A stretch of DNA of 64,000 nt from Albugo candida. Taxonomy: Eukaryota. Within the stretch, counting starts at the first letter, position 1; the number at the start of each line of letters is the position of its first letter. The position numbers and the translations under genes were made by a program. Of the stretch, positions 12,108 to 23,099 are shown one piece after another. The notes beneath the pieces are model-generated. The model ran no database searches. It had not been told where the DNA came from and was given only the letters and a program-made list of their open reading frames with translations. Where the stretch lies: assembly GCA_040437565.1 (NCBI GenBank), contig JBDOQK010000020.1, positions 434,001-498,000 of the forward strand, written 5' to 3'.

Positions 12108-13778
12108 ATGACCCCAGTGAATCAAAGGCATCCGTCGGAATGTATTTCATGGGTCAGCTCTACGAAAGACGCCCGATTTAGCTTCTTACGATCTCCCGAG
12201 TCGGAAGTATTTGAAGAAGGTGCCTTGCGCCCAGGCAATGCGCCATCTTTATGTTCAAGAGAATTCTGCGGACTTTTATCGCAGTATGCTGTGGTTGGAC
12301 TATTGTACGGAGCTTTACCCGGAACTATATCACCTTTCTTCACTTACTATCTAAACATGGAAGGAATGGCTACGACATCTGCAACTGCTTTATTAGCCAT
12401 TCCTTGGTCGTTAAAATTTTTCATTGGTGTGGTGTCAGACAATGTCCCGATCTTTGGGTATCGCCGTCGTCCTTTTATGGTATTTGGGTGGCTTCTGTGT
12501 AGCTCTTGTCTCTGTTATATGGCTTTCAAGCCGCTACCCCGACCTTATTTTCTCGATTTATCGTTACGTTTCAAGAAGCCAAAAGACTTTGCGACTTCCG
12601 AGTGGAAAATGATTGATCCGGAAGCTCAAAGTGCCGGAGGAATTTATGTGATTTTGATGATGTTTGCAACGCTCGGTTACTTGATTGCTGATTGTTGTGC
12701 CGATGCTGTTGTCGTGGAGTATGCCCAACGTGAGCCTGAAGAAACCCGAGGTAGATCACAGACCGCAATTTACACAATGCGAACGATATCGATGACATTC
12801 GCTCAGATCCTGCTTGCATTCGGTCTCAGTTCGCCCCCGTACGGAGGCACTTTTGATTATGGGCTTAGTTTCTCCGAAGTGATGCTGATTCTGGCCATCT
12901 TTGCCATCAGCGTTGTGCCCATCACATGGTTTTGCATCAAGGAGCACAAGTACAAAGCACATAGTTTTCACAAATACATACACACTTTGTGGGATTCTGT
13001 GCAAAGTCGAGCATTCTATCAGATCATTGCCTACAACTTTTGTTCTTCTGTATGCTTTGGTATCACTTATGTGGCTTATTATCCCATGACCAGCTATTGG
13101 ATCAAGGCCTCAAGCTTCTCTATCAGCTTGAGCGCAATGATTGGAAATATTGTGCTGGCAATAACGCTCATCTTCACGGGAAAATACGGCTTACACTGGA
13201 ATTGGCGGTTCATGGTTGCAACAACTGCGATCTCGATCATACTTATGGACGCGTTATGCACAATGATGGCAACATTTGATGTCATTCGAAGTCAATGGTA
13301 CTGGTTGGGGATCCCTATCGCGGAAAATGTGCCGGCAGGAATTGCATTTATAATCTCCACCTACGTGGTGGTAGAATTGGCTGGAGAAGGGAATGAAGGA
13401 GCGTGCTATGGTCTGCTCACAACAGTAAATAATCTGGGCTCCCCCTTTGCGTCCACAATCACAAAAAGTTTGAACGCTTATTTTGCAGTTTGGAGTGACG
13501 ATATACGAAATGACAGCATGGAAGCTCGACGTGACGTAGCCATCACAATTTGTATCTCATACGCTTTCAAACTGACATCACTGATTTTCTTGGTTTGGCT
13601 ACCCTCACAGAAACGTCATGTTCAAATGTTGAAAGCAAAGGGGACCAGAAATAAATATATTGGGGCATTTACAGTGGCGTACTTGCTCTTTGCTCTGATT
13701 TGGTCGGTCACAACAAATGTATTTAGCATTTTCGAGAGCACAAAATGCTTTGCGATCACCGGAGGATGCCACTCGTAA
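12108..13778 (+). CDS. Folate-biopterin transporter paralog 4
   Basis: PWSLKFFIGVVSDNVPIFGYRRRPF; AQREPEETRGRSQ; C-terminal CFAITGGC. Confidence 0.88.
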   Translation: MTPVNQRHPSECISWVSSTKDARFSFLRSPESEVFEEGALRPGNAPSLCSREFCGLLSQYAVVGLLYGALPGTISPFFTYYLNMEGMATTSATALLAIPWSLKFFIGVVSDNVPIFGYRRRPFMVFGWLLCSSCLCYMAFKPLPRPYFLDLSLRFKKPKDFATSEWKMIDPEAQSAGGIYVILMMFATLGYLIADCCADAVVVEYAQREPEETRGRSQTAIYTMRTISMTFAQILLAFGLSSPPYGGTFDYGLSFSEVMLILAIFAISVVPITWFCIKEHKYKAHSFHKYIHTLWDSVQSRAFYQIIAYNFCSSVCFGITYVAYYPMTSYWIKASSFSISLSAMIGNIVLAITLIFTGKYGLHWNWRFMVATTAISIILMDALCTMMATFDVIRSQWYWLGIPIAENVPAGIAFIISTYVVVELAGEGNEGACYGLLTTVNNLGSPFASTITKSLNAYFAVWSDDIRNDSMEARRDVAITICISYAFKLTSLIFLVWLPSQKRHVQMLKAKGTRNKYIGAFTVAYLLFALIWSVTTNVFSIFESTKCFAITGGCHS

Positions 13779-13862
13779 CGCAACCAAATATATGTGTTTT
13801 CACAGTCCTTTTATGTTTAGCGCTACTATCAAAAAGACAACAAATCTGCATGATATCAACGC

Positions 13863-16800
13863 TTAGTGACTCGCTCGTTCCATTAATAAATGCTCAAGTC
13901 TTTCGACCTGTAATCTCAATTTGTCCATTTGCATTTCATATTGCCGGACTCTAGCTTCCAGGTCCTTGATTCCTTCAGTGAGCACGGGAATGATGCGTGT
14001 ATAGGCGACATATTTGTAACCTTGGGTATCCTCCGTCACGACTTGTGGAAGGACTTTTTCGACTTCTTGTGCAATAAATCCAATCTCTCGACCTCTATGT
14101 GTTTTGTTCCATTTGATAGCATCTTTGAAATTGTATTCTGCGGCGTAAAGCTGCGAAATGATACGCAAAGATTGCTTTCCTGTAAGATATGTTATATTTG
14201 TTTTGAACCGAAAGTCCGATGCGTCCACATACGCGCCTGACCCCATCACTTGACCGTCGACGGTGATCCCGTCTCCAAAGTAGGCCGAGGAGTCCACGAC
14301 AAGCTCACCCTCCACTTCGATCGTATTGATCGAAGTCAAATTCACATGGCTAATGTGCCCACCAACAATCTCAACAGCGTGGAGTTCGCTCTGTGACAAG
14401 TCTATTTCTCCTTCCAATGTCTTCACCTCAAGTGATTCCACCCGTAATGTCATTCGCGTGGTATCATATTGAAAAGCGTTGTCTTGAATCAGCTCTCCTC
14501 CTTCCCCATAAAAAGCAACACGCCCTGCTTGATTCCCTGCAGCCTGAAGCCTCGACGCACTGAATTTGACGTTACCAATATCAAGATCGTTGGCTGCCTC
14601 GAATTTACGCACATCAGTAAGGGCTGAGTTATCTTTCTGAATCCCAGGTACTTCCTGCCAACTCAAGCCATCATAGATATAAACAGCTGTGGATGCCGGT
14701 CTAATCTGCATGGAGCCATCTACAGCTTCATCATCATCATTCTGTACGATCAAAAACTGCCCGGAAATAGGTCTTGAAGCGTCTATGTCTACTTGATTCA
14801 AGCTAAATTTGCCATCGTTCTGAATTTTGACATAACTATGACTTGATGGGATCGAGATGATATCACCAGCCATTATAGTAATACTAGAGAAAATCATTTT
14901 CGTGGCCATAATCGCACCCTGCGATATGACCTTTCCTCGGGTCGTTAAGTCACCTATCGTGGTAATGCTTCCGTCGCTTTGGACCTTGAAAATGGTATCC
15001 CGAGGTCTCTTTGCGTCTGGGCTCTCTGCAAATACATGCATAATATCGAATCGAAGCACACTGGGAGTGTTCTGAGTCTGTGTGCTGATATCAATGTCAA
15101 ACAAAGAGCCGCTAAATCTCTCATTATCCGATACAATGCGTAGTGTTGGTGCATTGTCAGCATTGTTTCGCACATATAGTCCTCCCCGCTCGATCTTGAA
15201 ACCATCGCGTAATGTAAGTCGTCCTGCATCTATTTGTATCCCTCCAGCTTCGACCCGGAGACCCCCCGAAGATATCACTTGACCACCAGCCGCAACACGG
15301 AGCCCGCCAGCACCGATTTTAAGTCCTCCAGTGTGAATATAAGTTTCGCCGGATCCTTTAACCTCAAACAGCGTTGTATTCGGCTCATTGTTGCGGCCAA
15401 TTCTTGATGCTTTTATAAAAGGAATATCACAAGTGGAAGCCATTGATAGAACAGCCAAAGTACTTCGCAATGCGCGCTTCTCTCCATTATACTCCAAGCG
15501 TAATACTGCTCGCGATGAATCAGTGGTCTTACGGAAAAATCCCGTGCCATTATCAACTCTCAATGAACCATGATCAAACTTTAGATCACCCGAGTCGATA
15601 TTCAATCCTCCTTCACGTACGCAGATTCCATCACTCTCGACTTGAAGCCCACCGTGAGAGATAGTGGCACCTCCACGCTTGATTACGAGTCCACCTTCAT
15701 GCAAAACCAGTGAGCCATTTGATCGGAATTGCAGCACCGATGCGTTTCGACGCTTAAAGTGGAGATAATCCAGTGGATGAGGATACCTGTCCTCACTCTG
15801 ACTAAAACCAAGCTGAAACAAGGCGAGTTGATTGCTTTCAACTTGAGCTTCCCCTGAATGCGTTAACCCGAGAAAGCTTTCGTTCCCGCGTATGCTTCCC
15901 TTTTCGACAACAAACTCTCCACCTGATGACATGTTTATCCGACCTCCACCCAGAAGTGTCAAGCCGCCAGTCTGCAGATATAATGAACCTTGTTTCAGCG
16001 TGGTATCTCCGTCTCCTGTCATTGTCAGCAAGGGGATGTTGCCCACTTGGGCTTTGATCAGATTGAAAGCCTTATATGAACCACGATTTGCAACAAGTCG
16101 AAGAAGAGTTCCTTTATCATCGTGTTTTCCGCAGAGCTTTCCATGTAATCCATCCTCAGAAATGCAAACTCCAGACACGTAGTCATGAAACTCATCCGAG
16201 TTTGAATACGTTCTGTGTGGAACAGGCTGGTGAGCATCTTCAAATAGGCATGTGGCCGCAGTAGATTTATCCCTCCCGTTGTTGAAAGTGCAGGCAAATT
16301 CACGGGCGCTTGGGTAAACCACTTCTTCCTCATTCAGTCCTGAAGCATCAAACGTGATTGCATACGTCGCGGCCATAGGATCCTCTCTGAAAAACACGCG
16401 AATGCATTTCTAGGAGGACGATGACTAAATATCAATTAGAAAGCAGCAAAAATGGTCTCGTACAAGTTTTGCCGCAATAGAGAATTTCTGCATAGCTCGA
16501 GTGCACGCGTCGCTAGTAATATCCTCGATCGACATTTCCAATTCAGCAGATTCATGTCGGAGTGAAAGAAACAGCTTTCCATGTGTGACTGCAGGAAACT
16601 CGGAAGAAAGATGTAAATATATTTTTTTTGCTTCTGAAGAGAGAGAATCACTTTCATTCGCACAGAATTCTAATAGGACGTATTTGCTACTGGTCAGATA
16701 TTTTTCCACTTCAACACTAAAGGACAGCCAGTACCTTGCTCTCCTTCCTGCTGTATCGGACAGCGACTAGTAAGAGATCCAACTGGGGCGTTCCCATTGA

Positions 16801-16867
16801 CAGCTGACCGAACAACGGCTACTGTGAAGCACTTGAGTGCTATGAGAATTGCCCAAGAACAACGCAT
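13863..16867 (-). CDS. Secreted fibre-like protein with GG heptad repeats and C-terminal peptidase S74 (intramolecular chaperone) domain
   Basis: Proposed exons 16867-16735, 16669-16464, 16409-13863 (GT-AG introns, frame preserved); N-terminus MRCSWAILIALKCFTVAVVRSA is signal-peptide-like; C-terminus DASDFRFKTNI...IGFIAQEVEKVLPQVV...VAYTRIIPVLTEGIKDL followed by a coiled coil. Confidence 0.8.
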
Positions 16868-17019
16868 GAGTCGCAAAACGTGATCCAAATTTAGTAGCAA
16901 AGATATGCTTTTCAATTGACGAGTCGCCACACCCTTTGGGCCAAAAATGTTTGATATATTACGATTCCAGTTTACATAGAATTGATCCAATTCCGTATCG
17001 TCTGTGTGCGTCGACGAGC

Positions 17020-18675
17020 TTACTTGGATGCTGAGATCGTACTGTGGACGCTGCTGTAACGCCGACTAGCCAAAGCTCTTTGTTTGCGCTCTTTGTTCTC
17101 TTGTTCAAGGTCCAACTGAGGAACTCCATATTCACAAAGTGACACATAAGAAGAACCCCGTTCTCGCAAAGCGCTCGGTGCAAAGCTCAGGAACTTTTGG
17201 ATTGCATATGAGTCACGTAAACAGGGTACACTCATAATAGCTTGTAGCAGTTCTTGAAACATATCGCATCGTTGCTGTAGATGTGTTCGGTCATGTCGCT
17301 TCCAGTATGAGAAAAATCCAGCAGAAGGGAGAGGAGGAAGATCAAACTGAAGTATATCATTGTCACCAATCAATAGACTGGACTCGGAAGGTGTAGGAGA
17401 CGAAGTATCAGACGCTTGATTGGATTTCGCTGGTTGATCCACTTTAGTATAAACCTCTTCAAAGTCTGTAGTTGGGTCTTGATTTTCATCTCTAGTGCGG
17501 TAATCAGCGGGAGAAGAAAATGGATGAGAAAGTGAATTCCGCTGGCAACTTTGTCGCTGGAAATGAGCCAAATCTGACTTGTGTTCCTCTAACGTCTCCA
17601 TCAATTCTGTGTACAATGTGTGAAAATCCGAATAACTTCGTCGGATTGTGTACGTGAGCAATTGGTTTGCATCATTCTGAACATCAACGTGATACATTAC
17701 GCGTCGTTCTGTGCTCCGCATTGTGTATCCGGTCACGATCAAATTTGTAAAGACACCAGTGCCCGTCAATTCATGNNNNNNNNNNNNNNNNNNNNNNNNN
17801 NNNNNNNNNNNNNNNNNNNNNNNNNNNNNNNNNNNNNNNNNNNNNNNNNNNNNNNNNNNNNNNNNNNNNNNNNNNCTCAGGAACTTTTGGATTGCATATG
17901 AGTCACGTAAACAGGGTACACTCATAATAGCTTGTAGCAGTTCTTGAAACATATCGCATCGTTGCTGTAGATGTGTTCGGTCATGTCGCTTCCAGTATGA
18001 GAAAAATCCAGCAGAAGGGAGAGGAGGAAGATCAAACTGAAGTATATCATTGTCACCAATCAATAGACTGGACTCGGAAGGTGTAGGAGACGAAGTATCA
18101 GACGCTTGATTGGATTTCGCTGGTTGATCCACTTTAGTATAAACCTCTTCAAAGTCTGTAGTTGGGTCTTGATTTTCATCTCTAGTGCGGTAATCAGCGG
18201 GAGAAGAAAATGGATGAGAAAGTGAATTCCGCTGGCAACTTTGTCGCTGGAAATGAGCCAAATCTGACTTGTGTTCCTCTAACGTCTCCATCAATTCTGT
18301 GTACAATGTGTGAAAATCCGAATAACTTCGTCGGATTGTGTACGTGAGCAATTGGTTTGCATCATTCTGAACATCAACGTGATACATTACGCGTCGTTCT
18401 GTGCTCCGCATTGTGTATCCGGTCACGATCAAATTTGTAAAGACACCAGTGCCCGTCAATTCATGCGTGGATGCACGACATGCCTCTGGCAGTGAACGAG
18501 GGTTCACACGCTCGATATTCTGTGTCATTGGCTCGGGAGAGCTGGACCTCCGTGGCATAACGAATGAAGACTCCAGGTTGGCGCTTTCTGGTTCTTGAAA
18601 GTCCAAATGAAGTTTGTAAATATAATCAAGCGCATTGGCCTCCGAAGGAGCATCTCGATTCTCTCCTGTCGCCAT
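17020..18675 (-). CDS. PX-domain protein (internal ~590 bp duplication around the gap is probably an artefact)
   Basis: VMYHVDV...TIRRSYSDFHTLY...LPPLPS...LQQRCDMFQELLQAIM..P.LRDSYAIQKFL; 17186-17775 recopied at 17876-18465. Confidence 0.8.
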   Translation of the reverse strand: MATGENRDAPSEANALDYIYKLHLDFQEPESANLESSFVMPRRSSSPEPMTQNIERVNPRSLPEACRASTHELTGTGVFTNLIVTGYTMRSTERRVMYHVDVQNDANQLLTYTIRRSYSDFHTLYTELMETLEEHKSDLAHFQRQSCQRNSLSHPFSSPADYRTRDENQDPTTDFEEVYTKVDQPAKSNQASDTSSPTPSESSLLIGDNDILQFDLPPLPSAGFFSYWKRHDRTHLQQRCDMFQELLQAIMSVPCLRDSYAIQKFLXXXXXXXXXXXXXXXXXXXXXXXXXXXXXXXXXXHELTGTGVFTNLIVTGYTMRSTERRVMYHVDVQNDANQLLTYTIRRSYSDFHTLYTELMETLEEHKSDLAHFQRQSCQRNSLSHPFSSPADYRTRDENQDPTTDFEEVYTKVDQPAKSNQASDTSSPTPSESSLLIGDNDILQFDLPPLPSAGFFSYWKRHDRTHLQQRCDMFQELLQAIMSVPCLRDSYAIQKFLSFAPSALRERGSSYVSLCEYGVPQLDLEQENKERKQRALASRRYSSVHSTISASK

Positions 18676-19369
18676 TATAGAGTAATGTGAGCAGTATAAT
18701 GTGTATTGAACAATGCGGATAAGAGAAAAAAGACAGCTGACAAATTCGTTTCGTGGTGGGATTGTAGTCAGTTGAAATAGAGAGAATCAAGTAATGAATT
18801 GCAGCGGACAAAAAATTACGTACAGATTCTGCTGTTTTTAACATACAATAAACGAGTCCGAGTCTGAAAGTAGCACCTTACACTGGATTTATCTGCGTAT
18901 GACTGATCACAATCATCTGACCTCGTACAAGCTGATAATCAGCTGTTCTCGCTTCACTGCCAAAACCCCATATGGTTGTCGTCAGGGTACATAAAACCTG
19001 TAAAATCCTACTCATGTACGTGTATTTTTATGCCTACAAATAGAACAGCAGTTTCGTCTTTTCTGAGCGAGCGATGGGCTTGCAAGTCTCAGGCTCGAAT
19101 GAATCCAGTCAGTTTCCTGTAGAGAAAATCAACCTAACTTATGAAAAATCAGGTCATTTTGCACCTTCGCGTGACTATACAAATGCTGTCGAAAATTCAA
19201 CTCGCAGTCGACCCTTTTGGGATGCCGCAGACCGTCTTCATATAAACCGTTGAATTGTCTGATTCACAACCAAACTATCATGTCGACCTGACAATCGATT
19301 CTTTGTTTGATTGAATTCGATAGTAGCCACGACAAGGCTTGATAGAGATGATATATCACTTGAATGCAT

Positions 19370-21660
19370 TCAAAAATCAGGAATAATAGTTTCTTCACAC
19401 TCCTGGAACCCAATTTGACCCTGAACATTCCCAAGAGTACCCTTTGTCTCAAACTCGTTTGAAGATGGACCGGTATTCGTGGTTGAAGAGCCTTTTTCTG
19501 AACCGGATTCATGCTCACTTGATCGGGGAATTGCACCAATAGCACTCAGAGCTCTCAGTTTGCTTCGAGTTCTCTTCCATTTTGCTTGTAACGTTAGCCT
19601 CGCGTTCAATCGGAAGCACTCCATAAACTCATTGATGTTGATCTCGTTATCGTGGCTCAGATCTAATAGACGCATCCATTCTTCTGCATTCTCCGTGAAC
19701 GATTTTGTACCCGATGGCAGCTTTTCATTGAGTACTCGGATGCCATACTTCAGCTCTTGCATTGAGATTGTTCCATTACCATCTCGATCCAGTGCACGGA
19801 AAAGAGCCTCAATCCGTGAGCGATGACGATACAATTTGTTGAAGAGTTCGCGTTTATCCGACACGGAATTCCATTTTCCAGTAGTACTCTGGCCGCACTC
19901 GTTTGCAACTTGGCCGAAAGCGTTGTAACGTTCAAGAAAATCACGGTATGGAACCAATTTTGACTGGGAATCCAGGTTGGTCAGGAGCGGTTGCAATAGC
20001 TTCCAGTCCAATGCTAGCGCGAGCACCTCCTCCATTACCTTACACCACTGACTCATACTGATCAAGCCGGTCCTTCCCTTGTCCATCTGCTCGAAACGCT
20101 GGCGTAATTCCGCTTTATCATGAACAATTAGTCCAAACAGCGCATCTAAATTTGCAACACCCATATCTCGTGACGTGGTCTTCGCTTTATACTGCAGGAA
20201 TTTCGGCTTTTGGCCTGGGTCTTTCATGATATGCATGTAACATCCGAAATTATCTGAACGCTTGCCGTAATTTGATGCCGAGAAAATGGTCACTAGCCGT
20301 GCTCTGTCACCAAAGGGCCATTCAAAACCGGCAGGGACGCACTCATGAGATCGAACTATCAGTTGTAGATTATTTCTGGCCATAAACTTGTTAACCAGAT
20401 CGAATCCATAAGAAATTCCAGCACCGCGAGAATTCAATTTCATTCCCCGTCGATTTTGCGGATCACTCCAAAGAAGATCACGCATGATCGTGAGCTGACG
20501 CATATCATTCGGCTTGCACCTTGCTAATGGGACGTTCTGGCCGATATCGTCCGTGATTGTGTACTCATATCGTCTCAGCGCTTGCAGCTGCGTCAAAAGC
20601 ATACCATTTCGTTCAATCCCTCCATGGACCACAAAAACGCGATTTTCGATCAAAGTCGCTAATGGTAGCCATTTGAAACTCTCACAAAAGTGGTGATAGA
20701 CTTCTCGGTCATACTTTTGCAGGCACTCATTCATAAATCCAAATACTTTCGTGACGCTGGAATCTTCATGATTTCCTCGATTGATGTGCACAGCTTTTGG
20801 GTATAAAAGCTTAAAGAGATACAAAAGTATACTCACTTCGACTCCGCGGTCTCCTCGATCCACAAAGTCGCCATTGATGATGTAAGGATTACTGGGCGAG
20901 GGAAGCCCATTTTTTCTGAATACAAACAATAAATCATCCAGTTGGCCGTGTAAATCACCCAAAAGAGTGACATGCGTTGGTTTGATGCCATTGATTGAGA
21001 CTGCGTCGAAGCTGAAGTCAATAACATTAGCTTCTTGACGTAAAACTCCACAGATTTCTTCACAGACTCGTATGATAACTGATCGCTTGATTTTTTTGCC
21101 TTGTCGGCAAGACTCGATCATATCTTGAGCATTTTGGAGCGTCAACACTTTGTCCAAAGTCGCGGACGACAGGTACACGTCCGAAATATCGATCGACTGA
21201 ATTTGAGACTCGGTTTCTGTTTCTTTCCGATTTGAAGTCGATTTTGCTTTTTCCTTCTCATTTTGCAACGGAAAGTATTCATCCAGCGCGTTGAGAAAGC
21301 TCGACAATTCCAGCTGCGTATACGTATCAAAATGTACGGCATAAGAGAGAAAACTATAAAAAACATACCGCTTCTTTCTCCTCACGTGTCTCCAAATTCA
21401 AAAACAGCTTCCAATCGAAGCTGTACTTATCGCCATCCGTATTCGAGAGAATATCATCAGCGAGCTCCGCGTTATCTGACGCTCGTCCAGCGTTAAGTGA
21501 GACCACACCTGGGTCAGATCTAAGCAGTTGCGCTCAATAGGTGCATCATGCGATGGTGTAGAGAATCTTACGATCGCCGGCTTAATGAACTATTCTTTAC
21601 GCAACTTTGTGCTGCTTTTCGACCTACTTTGGCAGTGGGATTTGATTGTCGAGCTCCCAT
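19370..21660 (-). CDS. PPEF: Ser/Thr protein phosphatase with EF-hands (PPEF/RdgC/PP7 type)
   Basis: GDLHGQ, GDFVDRG, RGNHE, HGG, DLLWSDP, RSHE, TIFSASNY motifs; EF-hands DRDGNGTISMQE and DLSHDNEININE; start MGARQS at 21660 with introns 21571-21520 and 21368-21314. Confidence 0.88.
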
Positions 21661-21830
21661 TTTTGAATCAGCGATTTTAGCGAATCACATTGCATTAGAA
21701 ACATTCAATCAGTCAAAGTACAACAACAGCGAATCAATTTTATACGATCTCGGCGGCAACGCAGCTTCACATGATAAAACTATCTGTCTTAGCGTCAATA
21801 TAGCTGGCCATTTCGCTAGCGACACGTATT

Positions 21831-22938
21831 TCAGTCCGATAGCGTCTGAAAAGCTTGCTCGATTTCTTCGTACAAACCCGCAAAGAAAGCTTTCATCTGT
21901 TCTTCCGGCTGCTTTGGTAGCTGGAATTTGGTTTGGATGATCTTATTCAAAATTGGATTGACGGCATTTCTGATCTGCGCCCACGTAACTTTTGCGTCTG
22001 GAGGGGAGTCAGCGATCACTTTTTGCGACAGATTGTAAAACAAAATGATCGCACGTAGCATTCCAACGCTCTTGATTAATGGACAAGTGTAGTCGTAATC
22101 TGAAAATGCATTCTGTTGGAGATAATCCTCTCGAATGATTTTCGCGATTTCCATAATGACTTTCTGATCCTCTGAAAGCGATTCTTTGCCCACTAGTTGT
22201 ACAATTTCTGTCAAATTATCTTCTTTCTGGAGAATCTCTTGACATTTTGTACGCAGAGAGGAGTACTCGGGATCTATTTTGTTGAAAAACGGCTCCAATA
22301 CTCGCATGTATTTTGTATAACTGATAAGCCAATTCACCGATGGGAAATGTTTGCGTTGCGCCAGCTTTTTATCCAAGCCCCAAAACACTTGAACAATCGA
22401 TAAGGTGGCTGCTGTCACAGGATCTGAAAAATCACCTCCAGGTGGGGACACCGCACCAACAACTGTGACACTTCCTTCTCTTTGTGGAGAGCCCAAACAT
22501 GCTACACGACCAGCTCGCTCGTAAAAAGCTGCCAATCGAGCACCAAGATATGCTGGATAGCCACTATCTGCAGGCATTTCCCCAAGCCGCCCAGAGATCT
22601 CACGTAATGCCTCTGCCCATCGACTAGTCGAGTCTGCCATCATCGACACGTTCATACCCTGGTCACGAAAGTATTCTGCAAGTGTGATCCCCGTATAGAT
22701 AGAAGCTTCACGCGCTGCAACAGGCATATTACTCGTATTCGCAACAAGTGCAGTTCGCTTCATGATTGGTACTTCGCGGCCATTTACAGTCATTGTCAAT
22801 TCAGGAAAATCACAAAGTACTTCGGCCATTTCATTACCACGTTCACCACAGCCCACGTATATAATCGCATCAGAATTAGAGTGTTTTGAAAGTGCTTGTG
22901 AAATGACCGTTTTCCCACATCCAAAAGCACCAGGAACT
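21831..22938 (-). CDS. V-ATPase subunit A, partial duplicate copy (probable artefact)
   Basis: Identical to 25493-26600; ends in a fold-back at the contig end. Confidence 0.7.
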
Positions 22939-23099
22939 TGTGCTGTTCCTGGTGCTTTTGGATGTGGGAAAACGGTCATTTCACAAGCACTTTCAAAACN
23001 NNNNNNNNNNNNNNNNNNNNNNNNNNNNNNNNNNNNNNNNNNNNNNNNNNNNNNNNNNNNNNNNNNNNNNNNNNNNNNNNNNNNNNNNNNNNNNNNNNN

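Noticed and set aside
13863-16867. Prophage or bacterial contamination as the source of the S74 gene
   Set aside because: The gene has plausible spliceosomal introns, is contiguous with eukaryotic neighbours, and no other phage genes are present
17186-18465. Apparent tandem double PX domain
   Set aside because: Exact nucleotide recopy on both sides of a 100-N gap
22883-22999. Perfect ~55-bp hairpin inside the V-ATPase A P-loop region
   Set aside because: Present only at a contig end and absent from the intact copy at 26545-26610; a fold-back read or assembly chimera rather than a biological element
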